Positions 31,387-41,277 of a stretch of DNA of 64,000 bases are shown here, one piece after another. Source of the DNA: Nitrospirota bacterium (lineage in GTDB: Bacteria; Nitrospirota; UBA9217); assembly GCA_963840455.1 (NCBI GenBank), contig CAWIYV010000010.1, forward strand, positions 472,348-536,347. Direction: 5' to 3'. Both the position numbers and the translations under genes were made by a program. Numbering within the stretch: the stretch's first letter is position 1; each line of letters starts with the position of its first letter. Below the pieces are notes generated by a model. It worked only from the letters and a program-made list of their open reading frames with translations. It was not told the DNA's origin and did not search any database.

Positions 31387-32672
31387 AAAATAAAGGCATG
31401 AATGTATGGTACTGGCCGTTCCCGGCGCTTATTGCGGTCTGTGTTCTCGGTATCATAGCATCCGCCGGTGCGCAGGAAAATAAATTCAGACTGAAGCCGG
31501 GAGCGGAGGGGAAGAATTGCCTGACCTGTCATGTGACGTTCGAGGACAAGCTTAAGCAGCCTTTTGTCCATTCGCCGGTAAAGTCCAGAAAATGCGCAAG
31601 CTGTCATAATCCCCATGCGTCTTCCCATGGCAAGCTCCTTACAGCGGATCCTAATAAGATCTGCTTCACCTGCCACCCCGATGTGATATCCAAAAAGGCA
31701 CGCAGTTCCCATGTGGTCGTGGTAGAGGGAAATTGTATCAAATGTCACGATCCTCACGCAGCAAAGAACAAGTTCAACCTGCTGGAGGCAGGGAACAAAC
31801 TCTGTTTCGGATGTCATAAGGATATGGGCGATACCCTAGCAAAGGTGAAATTCAAGCACAATCCCGTGGAGCGGGGATGCATCAACTGTCACAACCCCCA
31901 CTCTTCTGATCAGGCCGCCTCGCTGTTAAAGGACGACGTGCCGGCTCTCTGCCTGAAGTGCCACAAGACGGCAACGCCTTCGTTCCAGAAACAGCACATG
32001 AACTATCCCGTAGCGAAAGCGCGCTGCACGAGCTGTCATGATCCTCATGGTTCTGATAGGGGAGGGGTGCTCTACACGAACGTCCACCGGCCCGTTGCCA
32101 ATAAGATGTGCAATCAGTGCCATGAAGACCCTACTTCCCCGAAGCCCTTTGCGACCAAAAAGACGGGATACGAGCTGTGCCGGGGATGCCATAGCACGAT
32201 GGTCAATGAGGCACTCAGCAAGAACCGGATCCATTGGCCTGCGTTGGACAAAACAGGCTGTATCCATTGCCACAGTCCCCATGCAAGCCCGGTAAAGGGG
32301 CTTCTCAAGGCCAAGATGATCGACCTGTGCAGCGAATGTCACCCCGATGCCATTGAGAGGCAGAAACGCTCTCAAACAAAACACGCTCCGATAAAAGACG
32401 GCATGTGCACCACCTGCCATTCGCCCCATGCCTCGGATAATGTGTTCCTGTTCAAGCAGGCATCCACGATCGACCTGTGCCTGTCCTGTCATAACTATGG
32501 GAAACACTCAACGCATCCCCTTGGAGCAAAGGCCCTCGACCCGAGAAATAACAATGTCATGGTCCAGTGCACAAGCTGCCATGGGACCCACGGGACGGAG
32601 AACAAAAAAATGCTTTACTATCCGACGACGACGGAACTGTGCGTCCAGTGCCATGCAGAACATAGGAGATAA
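31383..32672 (+). CDS. 16-heme periplasmic c-type cytochrome
   Basis: ATGA overlap with the previous gene; signal peptide; 16 CxxCH counted. Confidence 0.92.
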   Translation: MKNKGMNVWYWPFPALIAVCVLGIIASAGAQENKFRLKPGAEGKNCLTCHVTFEDKLKQPFVHSPVKSRKCASCHNPHASSHGKLLTADPNKICFTCHPDVISKKARSSHVVVVEGNCIKCHDPHAAKNKFNLLEAGNKLCFGCHKDMGDTLAKVKFKHNPVERGCINCHNPHSSDQAASLLKDDVPALCLKCHKTATPSFQKQHMNYPVAKARCTSCHDPHGSDRGGVLYTNVHRPVANKMCNQCHEDPTSPKPFATKKTGYELCRGCHSTMVNEALSKNRIHWPALDKTGCIHCHSPHASPVKGLLKAKMIDLCSECHPDAIERQKRSQTKHAPIKDGMCTTCHSPHASDNVFLFKQASTIDLCLSCHNYGKHSTHPLGAKALDPRNNNVMVQCTSCHGTHGTENKKMLYYPTTTELCVQCHAEHRR

Positions 32673-32676
32673 TGCC

Positions 32677-33567
32677 ATGATGAAAAATATCGTTCTGATA
32701 GCGATCCTGCTGCTGCCTGCTCCGGCCCTGAGCGCCGAGATGATGAACTTTCAGCGTGTTGCCTCGATATATGCCGATGCTGGAGGAATTAAAATCAATC
32801 AGCCCGAAGGAGTTGCCTGCAGGGATAAATCCCTTCTTCTCGTGTCCGATACTGCAAACGGCCGTCTTCAGCCCTATACTCTCCAGGATGACGGGACCAT
32901 AAAGCCGGGACCGGGGGCTGAGATCAAAGTGCCCTATCCCTTGCATGTTCGTCTGAATTCCAAGGGAGATATCTTTGTGCTCGACGGCAAGCAGCGCAAG
33001 ATCCTCCGCATGAGCCCCAATGGCGAGCCCAAAGGATCATTCGAACCCGAGGGGATGCCTTTGCCGACAGCATGGATTCCGAAAAATTTTGCGATCGATA
33101 CGAAGGATACGGTGTACATTCTTGATGTATTTTCTTCACGAGTGCTCATCGTGAGCCCGGAAGGAAAGTTCCAAAGGCAGATCGCGCTCCCGAATGCTGA
33201 TGGTTTTTTCTCTGACCTGGCCGTGGATCCCCAGGGCACGATCTTTATACTCAACAGCATCGCTGCTTCGGTCTATTCTGCTGGTCCCGATGACAAGGCA
33301 TTTTCCCCGCTGACAAAGGGCCTCAAAGACTATGTCACGTTCGCGACCACGCTTGCAGCAGACAAACAATTTCTCTACATGGTAGATCAGTTCGGCAGTG
33401 GTGTCGTGGTTCTGGGGAAGGACGGCTCCTTTAAAGGTCGCAAGCTCAGAATGGGCTGGAAGGAGGGAGAACTTCTCTATCCTTCCGATATTTGCCTGAA
33501 CGAGAAGGGGGAAATATTCATCGCGGACCGCGGGAACAACCGCATCCAGATGTTCAGGAAAGAATGA
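32677..33567 (+). CDS. NHL-repeat protein
   Basis: AGGAG RBS; signal peptide; INQPEGVA, LLYPSDI...IFIADRGNNRIQMF. Confidence 0.85.
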   Translation: MMKNIVLIAILLLPAPALSAEMMNFQRVASIYADAGGIKINQPEGVACRDKSLLLVSDTANGRLQPYTLQDDGTIKPGPGAEIKVPYPLHVRLNSKGDIFVLDGKQRKILRMSPNGEPKGSFEPEGMPLPTAWIPKNFAIDTKDTVYILDVFSSRVLIVSPEGKFQRQIALPNADGFFSDLAVDPQGTIFILNSIAASVYSAGPDDKAFSPLTKGLKDYVTFATTLAADKQFLYMVDQFGSGVVVLGKDGSFKGRKLRMGWKEGELLYPSDICLNEKGEIFIADRGNNRIQMFRKE

Positions 33568-33728
33568 ACTTCGATAGTTCCGGCAGCCTGGTATCACCTT
33601 CTTGGAACCGGGGAAATGTCTGAAGACCTCTCTTTGCGAGAGCGCAGCTTACGTGATGCGCTCTCGTTCTTCTTTTGGGGATCGTCGGTCATCATACCGC
33701 CTGATTCGAACTCGTTAAGGGCAAGATT

Positions 33729-34379
33729 ATGAAAGAGAAATCATTCCGGACAGGGACCCGGGGAGAGAATCGAAAAGGCATGGTCATCTCGCTTGTCGCG
33801 GTCCTGCTGGTCATTGCTTTTTCAAGTATCACGTATTCGAGAAACATACTCTGGCAGGATTCGGTAACGTTGTGGCAGGATACAACACTCAAAAGTCCGA
33901 AAAAGTTCAGACCTCGGTTTAACCTGGCGAAAGAATACGAAGCACGAGGGCAATTGGACCTGGCGGCCGAGAACTATCGAGCGTCCATCGATCTGAAACC
34001 AGATGATGCAATGGCTCATAACAACCTAGGGAATGTGTACATGAACCAGAGGCGCCTCGGGGAAGCGATCGAGGAGTTTCGCACGGCCGTCCATCTCAAC
34101 CCGGACGCTCCGTTGACCCGCGATAACCTTGGCTATGTTTACTTCAAGCAAGGTCGGCCTGACGAAGCCATCAAGGAGTATCAAGCGGCAATAAAGCTCG
34201 CACCGGATGTTGCCGAGATTCATAACAATCTCGGGTACGTCTATTTCACCCAGGGACGTTTCGAAGACGCAGCGGAACAATATCAGATCGCTTTGAAGCT
34301 CAAGCCGGACTTCCCCGCGGCACTCGAGAACATTCATTTGCTCGATCGGGTATCGAACCAGAAGCAACTGCGGAAATGA
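33729..34379 (+). CDS. Membrane-anchored TPR protein (TMTC C-terminal half only)
   Basis: One TM helix, RNILWQDSVTLWQDTTLKSP, then ~4 TPRs. Confidence 0.8.
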   Translation: MKEKSFRTGTRGENRKGMVISLVAVLLVIAFSSITYSRNILWQDSVTLWQDTTLKSPKKFRPRFNLAKEYEARGQLDLAAENYRASIDLKPDDAMAHNNLGNVYMNQRRLGEAIEEFRTAVHLNPDAPLTRDNLGYVYFKQGRPDEAIKEYQAAIKLAPDVAEIHNNLGYVYFTQGRFEDAAEQYQIALKLKPDFPAALENIHLLDRVSNQKQLRK

Positions 34380-34742
34380 ACGAGATTACGCACTATCTGA
34401 GGGCGATGTATGTATATCGATCGAAACCGCATCGAGAAACCATACGAGGACCTGGAAGGAAACGAAACAAGGTTCGACCGCGAGCCTCGGACGTGTTAAG
34501 GTCGCAGGTGAGCACAACGAGAAACCTCAAATAATCCATCATGGTTCATCCGCAATCACTGCCTTGTCGTCCTCTTTGGCATCTCTGCAGATTACGTTCG
34601 ATAAGGAGGATGATAATGCCAATCTTCCTGAAAACCCATATAGTCCTCGCACTACTGGCAGCTCATTGAAATATATTCCAGCGGTACCTTCCGGAAGCAA
34701 GGGTTTGAGAAACCGCAGGTTCTGGAAGAGTATTCTTATCAA

Positions 34743-34860
34743 TTGAATCCAGGAGCGAGCGCATTCCCCGTAGCTTGCTGCGGGGTTAGCGAGCGATGAG
34801 AATAAATAGTACTACCTTGAGGATCGAAGATTCCCTGCAGCTTGCTGCAGGGAGCTTCAA
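34743..34860. mobile_element. Non-autonomous palindromic element (IS200/IS605-end or REP-like)
   Basis: Hairpins CCCCGTAGCTTGCTGCGGGG and CCCTGCAGCTTGCTGCAGGG, bounded by TTGAA...TTCAA; partial copy at 56428-56462. Confidence 0.55.
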
Positions 34861-34962
34861 TGCCCCGCACCTTGCTGTACCGCGGTTGTTTTCAGGGGCA
34901 ACGAAAGCACTCACTCGCAAAACGATCATACCAGCAGGTTGGGTCTTCATCAGTTTTATCCG

Positions 34963-36888
34963 ATGAACATGTTTAAGAATTTCAATGTGAAGAAAACACG
35001 GCACGTTCAATATATGCTCGAACTCCCTCATGGTTTAAAAAAGCACAAGCCTATTCTTGACAATATACGGCATCACATCATACCTATAATTGTTCTTGTT
35101 GGCGCGACCTTTGCTGTATATGCCGGTACGCTCGAACATGATTTTCTCTTGAATTGGGATGACAGCTTGTATGTCACGGACAATGAAACGATACGAGGTT
35201 TGACATGGGAACACGTGAAGGAGGCATTCGCCCGATTCTATGTAGGAAATTACGCTCCGATCCAGATCATCTCATACATGGTGGACTATTCCGTTGGGGG
35301 ACTGCGCCCTAGTGTTTATATTTTTACTAATGTTCTTTTGCATGTCACAAACGGCATCCTATTCTATTTGCTGCTTTTTCGACTTACCCAACGCAAGGTA
35401 ATCGGCTTTCTTGCCGCATTTATTTTCCTGCTCCACCCTGTTCAGGTCGAGTCAGTTGCCTGGATATCCCAGCGGAAAAATCTGCTCGCCATGTTTTTCT
35501 TCCTTGCAGCTTTTCACTTCTATATTTCCTATCGGCTTGCAGAGAAAACAAAGGGCACGTTATCGTATATATTTTCTGTTGCGGCATTTATGGTCGCCCT
35601 TCTGTCAAAAACGGTTGCGATCATTCTCCCTCTTGTTCTCTTTCTTTACGACCTTTGTTATCGTGATAAGACCGACCGGCCATCATGGCTGATCAATAAG
35701 ATCCCTTTTATATCCATTGCAGGCGTTGCGCTCTTGGTCGCGTTAAAAAGCCAGTTGCCGGAATATGACGGAGGGCGGATATCGTATGCCATTGAAGGTC
35801 CGCTGGGTGTTTTCTACACCATGCTCACGGTCCTTGTCCGCTATTGTAAGATCATTTTCTGGCCGATGGAATTAAGTGCTCTGTATATGCCGCCCATGAA
35901 AGTAAGAATAGATTCAGCGGTTGTGTTGTCCGCGTTGTTTGCTGTTCTGTTGATCATTCTGGGATGGTATCTTTACCGGAGAAGAAAAGAGCTTTTCTTC
36001 TGGTACGCACTTTTTTTTGTCGGCCTCCTTCCCGTTTCCCAGATCGTGCCCCTGGTCACGCTCATGAATGATCGTTATCTCTATTTTCCCCTGTTGGGAG
36101 CCGCAGCGTTTTTTGGACTCATGGCGCTCGCTTTTACCGATGATGTCCATAATTTACGAAAAAGAAGCATAGCGGTCATTCTTGGTCTTTTGATCATACT
36201 GCTTCCCTGGCTTTCGTGGCAGAGAACGTCTGTTTGGAGCAATGACCTGTCTTTATGGAGGGACGCGACAAGTAAAACCCCGGTTTCGCCCCTCGCCTGG
36301 AATGGTCTCGGCATGTCCTACGTTGATGCGGGGAGGTTTGAAGAAGCGGCCAGCGCCTTCTTAAAGGCATTATCGATTGACCCTGATTACGAGCTGGCGC
36401 TCAACAATATTGGCGGCCTGTACAATAGCCGTGGGAAAATAGCGGAGGCTCGGCCTTTTTTGCTCAAGGCCACGAAGTTATTTCCTGAAAACAGCAATAG
36501 CTTGATGAACTTGGGAATCAATTATTATGTTTCCCATGATTATCAAAACGCCGAACTGATTTTTAAAAAAGTGCTGGTGTTGAAACCCCAGTCAGCCGAT
36601 GCTCTCTCGCGTTTAGGCGATGTCTATCTAAGGATGAGAAAACCTGAGATGGCCCGGGATTATTTTCAAAAAGCGACCGAACTTGAAGGCACAACGGCAG
36701 ATCTGGAGTATCGTCTGGCCTGCGTCGAATCTCTCAGCAGACATCCCCATGAAGCGTTAGGGCGTCTTGAGTCAGCATTGAACAAGGGATATAACGACTA
36801 CCAGAACATCGCACGGGACGCGTGCCTGGATCCTCTTCGGGGCCATAGTGGTTTCCAGTTTCTTATGAGAAAGTATTTTGGCAAGTGA
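34963..36888 (+). CDS. TMTC-like GT-C glycosyltransferase with TPRs
   Basis: LNWDD, HPVQVESVAWISQRK, NDRYLYFP, TPRs. Start uncertain (34963-35014). Confidence 0.85.
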   Translation: MNMFKNFNVKKTRHVQYMLELPHGLKKHKPILDNIRHHIIPIIVLVGATFAVYAGTLEHDFLLNWDDSLYVTDNETIRGLTWEHVKEAFARFYVGNYAPIQIISYMVDYSVGGLRPSVYIFTNVLLHVTNGILFYLLLFRLTQRKVIGFLAAFIFLLHPVQVESVAWISQRKNLLAMFFFLAAFHFYISYRLAEKTKGTLSYIFSVAAFMVALLSKTVAIILPLVLFLYDLCYRDKTDRPSWLINKIPFISIAGVALLVALKSQLPEYDGGRISYAIEGPLGVFYTMLTVLVRYCKIIFWPMELSALYMPPMKVRIDSAVVLSALFAVLLIILGWYLYRRRKELFFWYALFFVGLLPVSQIVPLVTLMNDRYLYFPLLGAAAFFGLMALAFTDDVHNLRKRSIAVILGLLIILLPWLSWQRTSVWSNDLSLWRDATSKTPVSPLAWNGLGMSYVDAGRFEEAASAFLKALSIDPDYELALNNIGGLYNSRGKIAEARPFLLKATKLFPENSNSLMNLGINYYVSHDYQNAELIFKKVLVLKPQSADALSRLGDVYLRMRKPEMARDYFQKATELEGTTADLEYRLACVESLSRHPHEALGRLESALNKGYNDYQNIARDACLDPLRGHSGFQFLMRKYFGK

Positions 36889-36924
36889 ACCACTCCCCGG
36901 CCTTTAGGCCGGGAAGTGATTCAC
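36885..36924. repeat. Palindrome related to the IS200/605 right end at 41470-41504
   Basis: GTGAACCACTCCCCGGCCTTTAGGCCGGGAAGTGATTCAC; shares CCCCGGCCTTTAGGCC with the IS remnant. Confidence 0.6.
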
Positions 36925-37058
36925 GGGGTGTTGGCTTTCTAAAATGGCTTAAGACATTAGGGGACGTATTTAGAGCACCTTTTGCTTGTACATGATGGCT
37001 ATTATTGTGCAGTCCGTGTGTCAGGAGAGAGCTGAAGCAGATCCCGCCCGGTAAAAAA

Positions 37059-37105
37059 CCTTCACACGGCAGGGACCACTGGTTCAAACCCAGTAGCGCC
37101 CACCA
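37059..37105 (+). pseudogene. 3' half of tRNA-Val(CAC), att-like remnant
   Basis: CCTTCACACGGCAGGGACCACTGGTTCAAACCCAGTAGCGCCCACCA has anticodon loop, T-arm and CCA; no 5' acceptor strand or D-arm. Confidence 0.75.
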
Positions 37106-37124
37106 GAAATATCAAGGGGTTAGC

Positions 37125-37268
37125 TTACCGGAGAGTCATCTTAATGTCTTTGTGACACAGCAGATCCTTTACTGCTGTGAGGTCTGCTCACGACATTACC
37201 AGGTGACTACCAAAGGTATGCAGACCGTGAAAGTGAAAATCCGCAATGTCTGCCCGTTTCAATACTCT
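37125..37268 (-). pseudogene. Tyrosine integrase C-terminal relic
   Basis: Manual translation RVLKRADIADFHFHGLHTFGSHLVMS*ADLTAVKDLLCHKDIKMTLR* matches FHDLRHTFAS.LV..G.DL..V.ELLGH.DI.MT.RY with the catalytic R and Y lost. Confidence 0.8.
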
Positions 37269-37820
37269 CCAAGAGGAGCCAGCACAATCCATAAAGTCCA
37301 GCTTTCCAATTAGTGCAATGACTCGGTTACGTCAATGGTCAACTATTACTCTCCTAATTTTAGCCATGCGGTAACATACTCCACGATGTATACTTTATTT
37401 TATTGATATTACAATAATTAATAGCTGTGTCGAAATGTTGACTTTGACGCTTTATAATAGGTTCTGCTATTTTAGTTTTACTATCTGCTATTAACCTACC
37501 TGTTGCTGATCTTTTCTCGCCACAGTCAATCGCTGTTTGCGTAAAATCCTAGCGGCTATTTCTTCGTAAAGACGCATCCCAGGTTAATGAAGGACAACGT
37601 AAATTAGATACGGATCCTATGCATAATATTTGATAATTGCGCTTCGAATGCAGTTCGAGACAGAATTCGCGATCTCATTATTAGTTAAGATATTTCTTAT
37701 ATTTTATGACCATCCCATATAGGTCAAATGACCATTTTCTATCGGTTGTTTCGCCAGACATGCAGATAGTATATATCCAACAATAGTCGCATTGTATTGT
37801 TATTAAAGAAGTTGCAACTA

Positions 37821-37836
37821 AGGCATGATTGTTGCT
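37821..37836 (+). promoter_or_regulatory. Putative sigma54 promoter
   Basis: AGGCATGATTGTTGCT has GG-N10-GC spacing just upstream of the tandem riboswitch. Confidence 0.6.
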
Positions 37837-37852
37837 TTTTTCAATACATAAG

Positions 37853-37975
37853 TAGGTATCGATAAAGCCAAACCCACCGCGAGGTGGGGACGGAAAGCAA
37901 ACGGATCTTGATAAACCACGCAAGATGGCCGAGCTGCCGAAGGATATATCCTGAGGTATGCTTGGCCTTTTTTAT
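37853..37975 (+). ncRNA. GEMM-I riboswitch (G20) with overlapping terminator, tandem unit 1
   Basis: AAAGCCAAACCCACC-GCGA-GGTGGGGACGGAAAGC...GGCCGAGCTGCCG, then GGTATGCTTGGCCTTTTTT. Confidence 0.88.
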
Positions 37976-38058
37976 TCCAGCTGAAGGAGCGGACCCTAGA
38001 AGTATCAACCACCCCAGGAACGAGCGCCGGGGAAAAGATAATCTGGATGCAATATAAA

Positions 38059-38182
38059 TAGGTTGCGACAAAGCCAAACCCATCGTGAGATGGGGACGGA
38101 AAGCAAACGGATCTTGATAAACCACGCAAGATGGCCGAGCTGCCGAAGGATATATCCTGAGGTATTGCTTGGCCTTTTTTTA
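38059..38182 (+). ncRNA. GEMM-I riboswitch (G20) with overlapping terminator, tandem unit 2
   Basis: Copy offset by 206 nt with P2 changes (CATC-GTGA-GATG) that keep pairing. Confidence 0.88.
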
Positions 38183-38309
38183 TTCCAGCGGAAGGAGCTG
38201 GCCCTAGAAGTGGTCAACAACCCAATGGACGAGCGCTGGGGAAAATGTTTGGAAGCAACGTCACAGCATTCGTGGAAAGGCTTGGAATAAGTGTTAGGTG
38301 GATTTATAC

Positions 38310-39566
38310 ATGACGTTCACGGTTAGCTTGATTATCATTATTACTGCGCTCGTGACCTGCGGGTTGGGCATGGATGCATTCGCTTTCCATAGCGGCGGCG
38401 TCGCCGAATGCGTGGGCTGCCACCAGATGCACGATGCACCAGGCGCCAACCTTCTGATCGCCGTTGATCAGAGCTCGACCTGTCTTGATTGCCATGGCGC
38501 ATCAGGCCAGTCCAGCTACCATGTTGCCACCCCCGATGCGGACATGCCCGCGGGATCGCCGCCGGTCAATGAGACTCCGGGCGGTGACTTCGGCTGGCTG
38601 CACAAGTCCTATTACTTCACGATCCGCGGTGGATTGACGACCGACCTCGGCGAGACCCACGGCCATAACATCATTGCTGCAGGCTACACAGGCGGCACGT
38701 ACGCTGTTGACCCAAAGAACGCAACGGCCCCGGGCGGCACGTTTCCGTCAGCCCAGCTCAACTGCATCTCCTGCCATGACCAGCATGGTAAGGGCCGTTG
38801 GACGACAGCCGGCACCTATAGCAAGACCTCCGGCGCTATCTACACCTCCGGTTCGTATGGTTCCATCCCGTCAACTTTCGGCCCCACAGGCGAACTTTTG
38901 TCGACGGGCGTATACCGCCTGCTCCGTGCTATGGATACTGTTGACGGCGTGACCTTCCCTGCGCTCCCGCCGGTAGCAGTGGTTCCGAGCACCTACAACA
39001 GGTCAGAGTACTTCTTCCAGACCCGCACTGCCTACGGCTCCGGCATGTCCGACTGGTGCAGCACCTGCCATCCTGACATGCACACCGGAAACGGAAATAC
39101 GGGGGGGATTATCAGGCATCCGACAGATCGAAAGCTGACGGGGTTGACCGTCAGGAACTACAACAACTATACAAAGAGCGGCGTCATGACCGGTAATGCG
39201 GCCACCTCCTACCTGTCGCTCGTTCCGTTCGAAGAAGGCCTGACCTACAGCACAGCGAACATCAACACTTTGAAGTCCCATGCAAAGACGGATGATTCTT
39301 ACCTGAACGGTCCAGACCAGACCAATGGTTCGACAACGGTGTTCTGCCTTTCCTGCCACAGGGCGCATGCGTCCGGCTGGCCGAAAATGCTTAAGTGGAA
39401 CCCCGAAGTTACGACCATCACCCTTGCTGGCGCCTATCCTACCGGGAATGACGCGGGCTGGGGCCGAACCTTGACCGAGGTATCCAAAGCCTATTACGAT
39501 AAGAACGTAACGAGGTGGTCCGCCTATCAGCGCTCGCTCTGCAATAAATGCCATGCGAAAGATTGA
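38310..39566 (+). CDS. omcS: OmcS-like hexaheme cytochrome, copy 2
   Basis: Different signal peptide; same FHSGGVAECVGCHQMH start, 6 CxxCH, LCNKCHAKD end. Confidence 0.92.
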   Translation: MTFTVSLIIIITALVTCGLGMDAFAFHSGGVAECVGCHQMHDAPGANLLIAVDQSSTCLDCHGASGQSSYHVATPDADMPAGSPPVNETPGGDFGWLHKSYYFTIRGGLTTDLGETHGHNIIAAGYTGGTYAVDPKNATAPGGTFPSAQLNCISCHDQHGKGRWTTAGTYSKTSGAIYTSGSYGSIPSTFGPTGELLSTGVYRLLRAMDTVDGVTFPALPPVAVVPSTYNRSEYFFQTRTAYGSGMSDWCSTCHPDMHTGNGNTGGIIRHPTDRKLTGLTVRNYNNYTKSGVMTGNAATSYLSLVPFEEGLTYSTANINTLKSHAKTDDSYLNGPDQTNGSTTVFCLSCHRAHASGWPKMLKWNPEVTTITLAGAYPTGNDAGWGRTLTEVSKAYYDKNVTRWSAYQRSLCNKCHAKD

Positions 39567-39598
39567 CTCCCAAATCTTCATAGGATCAAAAAACACAT

Positions 39599-39632
39599 AA
39601 GGCGGGAGGACAGTCTCCGGCCTTTGGTTTTT
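39599..39632 (+). terminator. Probable terminator
   Basis: AAGGCGGGAG-GACAGT-CTCCGGCCTT then T-rich. Confidence 0.5.
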
Positions 39633-39813
39633 GTCACAGCATCAACCTTCTCAACGGGGATATCGCCTCTACCGGAAGCCTCGAGTCGCAGGCACCCGGC
39701 TGACAAGCGGGGAGGGCAGCCCGGGATTATCATCTTCTTGTCGTGCGTCTTCAGTTGTACAATAAAATATCTCTTCAGAGCGATCCTATGAAGTGGAACG
39801 GAGCATCGGAGAA

Positions 39814-40371
39814 ATGAGAGTCTTAAGAGTATCTTTACAGTTCACTGCGTTCATAATGTTGTTTCTCTTCATGGCATGCACGAAACCAACAACGAATTTC
39901 TCCATTATATGGAAAGATGAGACATATCAAGTTCAGCCCAAAAAGGTCCTTGTGATCAACGCATATAAAAATCCCGTGAACAGAAGGTTCTTTGAAGACG
40001 GGTTCGTGACGGCATTAAAGGACCGCAAGATAGATGCCGTCGTGAGTTACACCGTTATGCCTGATATGCTTGATCCAATCCTGGACGAAAAGGTCGCTAT
40101 TGTGATCCAAGCAAAAGAAGTCGGCGCGGATACCGTGCTGATTAACAAACCTCTTGATACGGCACGGAAGGACATTACTATTTCCACCGGTATTCCAGTA
40201 TGGAAAACATCTATTAATACACGAACAGATGTCTACGACATGAAGACATACAAATTGATTGTGAGCGTTTCAGCGGAAAAACAGCTACAAAAAGGGAAGC
40301 CTTACACTGACCAAATACAATCCTATACTAAAGATCTCGTAAGTATGCTGTCTCACACAGGCTCAAGGTAG
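39814..40371 (+). CDS. Small lipoprotein, paralog of 43872-44414
   Basis: FMAC lipobox; WKDETYQ..PKKVLVINA, AKEVGADTVLINKP. Confidence 0.75.
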   Translation: MRVLRVSLQFTAFIMLFLFMACTKPTTNFSIIWKDETYQVQPKKVLVINAYKNPVNRRFFEDGFVTALKDRKIDAVVSYTVMPDMLDPILDEKVAIVIQAKEVGADTVLINKPLDTARKDITISTGIPVWKTSINTRTDVYDMKTYKLIVSVSAEKQLQKGKPYTDQIQSYTKDLVSMLSHTGSR

Positions 40372-40608
40372 TTTCTCCCTTCGGCATTCCTGACGTAATG
40401 CGGACATTTGCAGCCTTGACAACCTATCTGCTCCTATGGAGTATTCATTTGGGGTGATGGCTATCCTATATTGCGCAGTTCGCGCGTGTTAGTAAAGGAC
40501 AGAGACAGAGAGTAAAAGGCGGAAAACTGCCTATCCCCATGGTTCTGTAACCGCATGATGTAGCAATAGAAAGAAAAGGCGGAAAATTCGTCCCAGCCAT
40601 GTAAAAAG

Positions 40609-40694
40609 CCTTCACACGACAGAGCCACTGGTTCAAACTCAGTAGCGCCAACCACGTAATCAAGGGGTTAGCAGACAAATGCTAGCCCTTTTTA
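40609..40694 (+). pseudogene. Second degenerate tRNA-Val 3' fragment plus terminator hairpin
   Basis: CCTTCACACGACAGAGCCACTGGTTCAAACTCAGTAGCGCCAACCA, then AAGGGGTTAGC...GCTAGCCCTTTTT. Confidence 0.7.
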
Positions 40695-40761
40695 TTGGAC
40701 TGTATCGGAATTGTATAGTCTGCGGGGACGTTCAGGGTTTTATCCAGGATATCGATGGCGT

Positions 40762-40980
40762 TTACCTTATGGGCGGGGGCTGGTGGGCGTAGCGGAGGAT
40801 CATGGTACCAAGCAAGACGCAGCGGTCTGCCTGGAAGAATTTCCGGACCTGTGCCAAGGCCTGCTCGATCTCCTCATGAAGTTCGTCCATGTGCGTCTTG
40901 ATGAGCCGGGCGGACGGGTTGGAGAGAAGCGTCTCGAACTGCATCCATTGTTCGCACAAGCTATGATCGTGTTCGAGCAT
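40762..40980 (-). pseudogene. Fragment resembling the N-terminus of a GAF-domain regulator
   Basis: FETLLSNPSARLI...EEIEQALAQVRKFFQADRCVL, truncated at 72 aa. Confidence 0.45.
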
Positions 40981-41277
40981 CGGCGATCAACTCCTGAGGA
41001 ATCCCGGTCAACCGACAAACCTTCCGATCAAATCATTTGAAGGAAGGTTTCTGGACCGTTTCTCGTAGATCCGCGAGTAATGACGATCAGTGGTTAGCGT
41101 GGTCGTTTTGCTGTTAGCATAGGGTTTTTTTACGATATTCAGTGAATGGTCAAGTGGTGAGCATCCCCAAGGCTTCAGGTCCACGTACAGGCGGATATTC
41201 CTCATGTCGTCACCGCTTCGGTCGTCTCTCTCTCGCGTAGTGACCTATAGAGAGGGTAAAGAGCCTCCATTTATAAA

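Noticed and set aside
37029-37105. Functional tRNA-Val
   Set aside because: No 5' acceptor strand or D-arm upstream of the anticodon arm; the 40609 copy is also degenerate.
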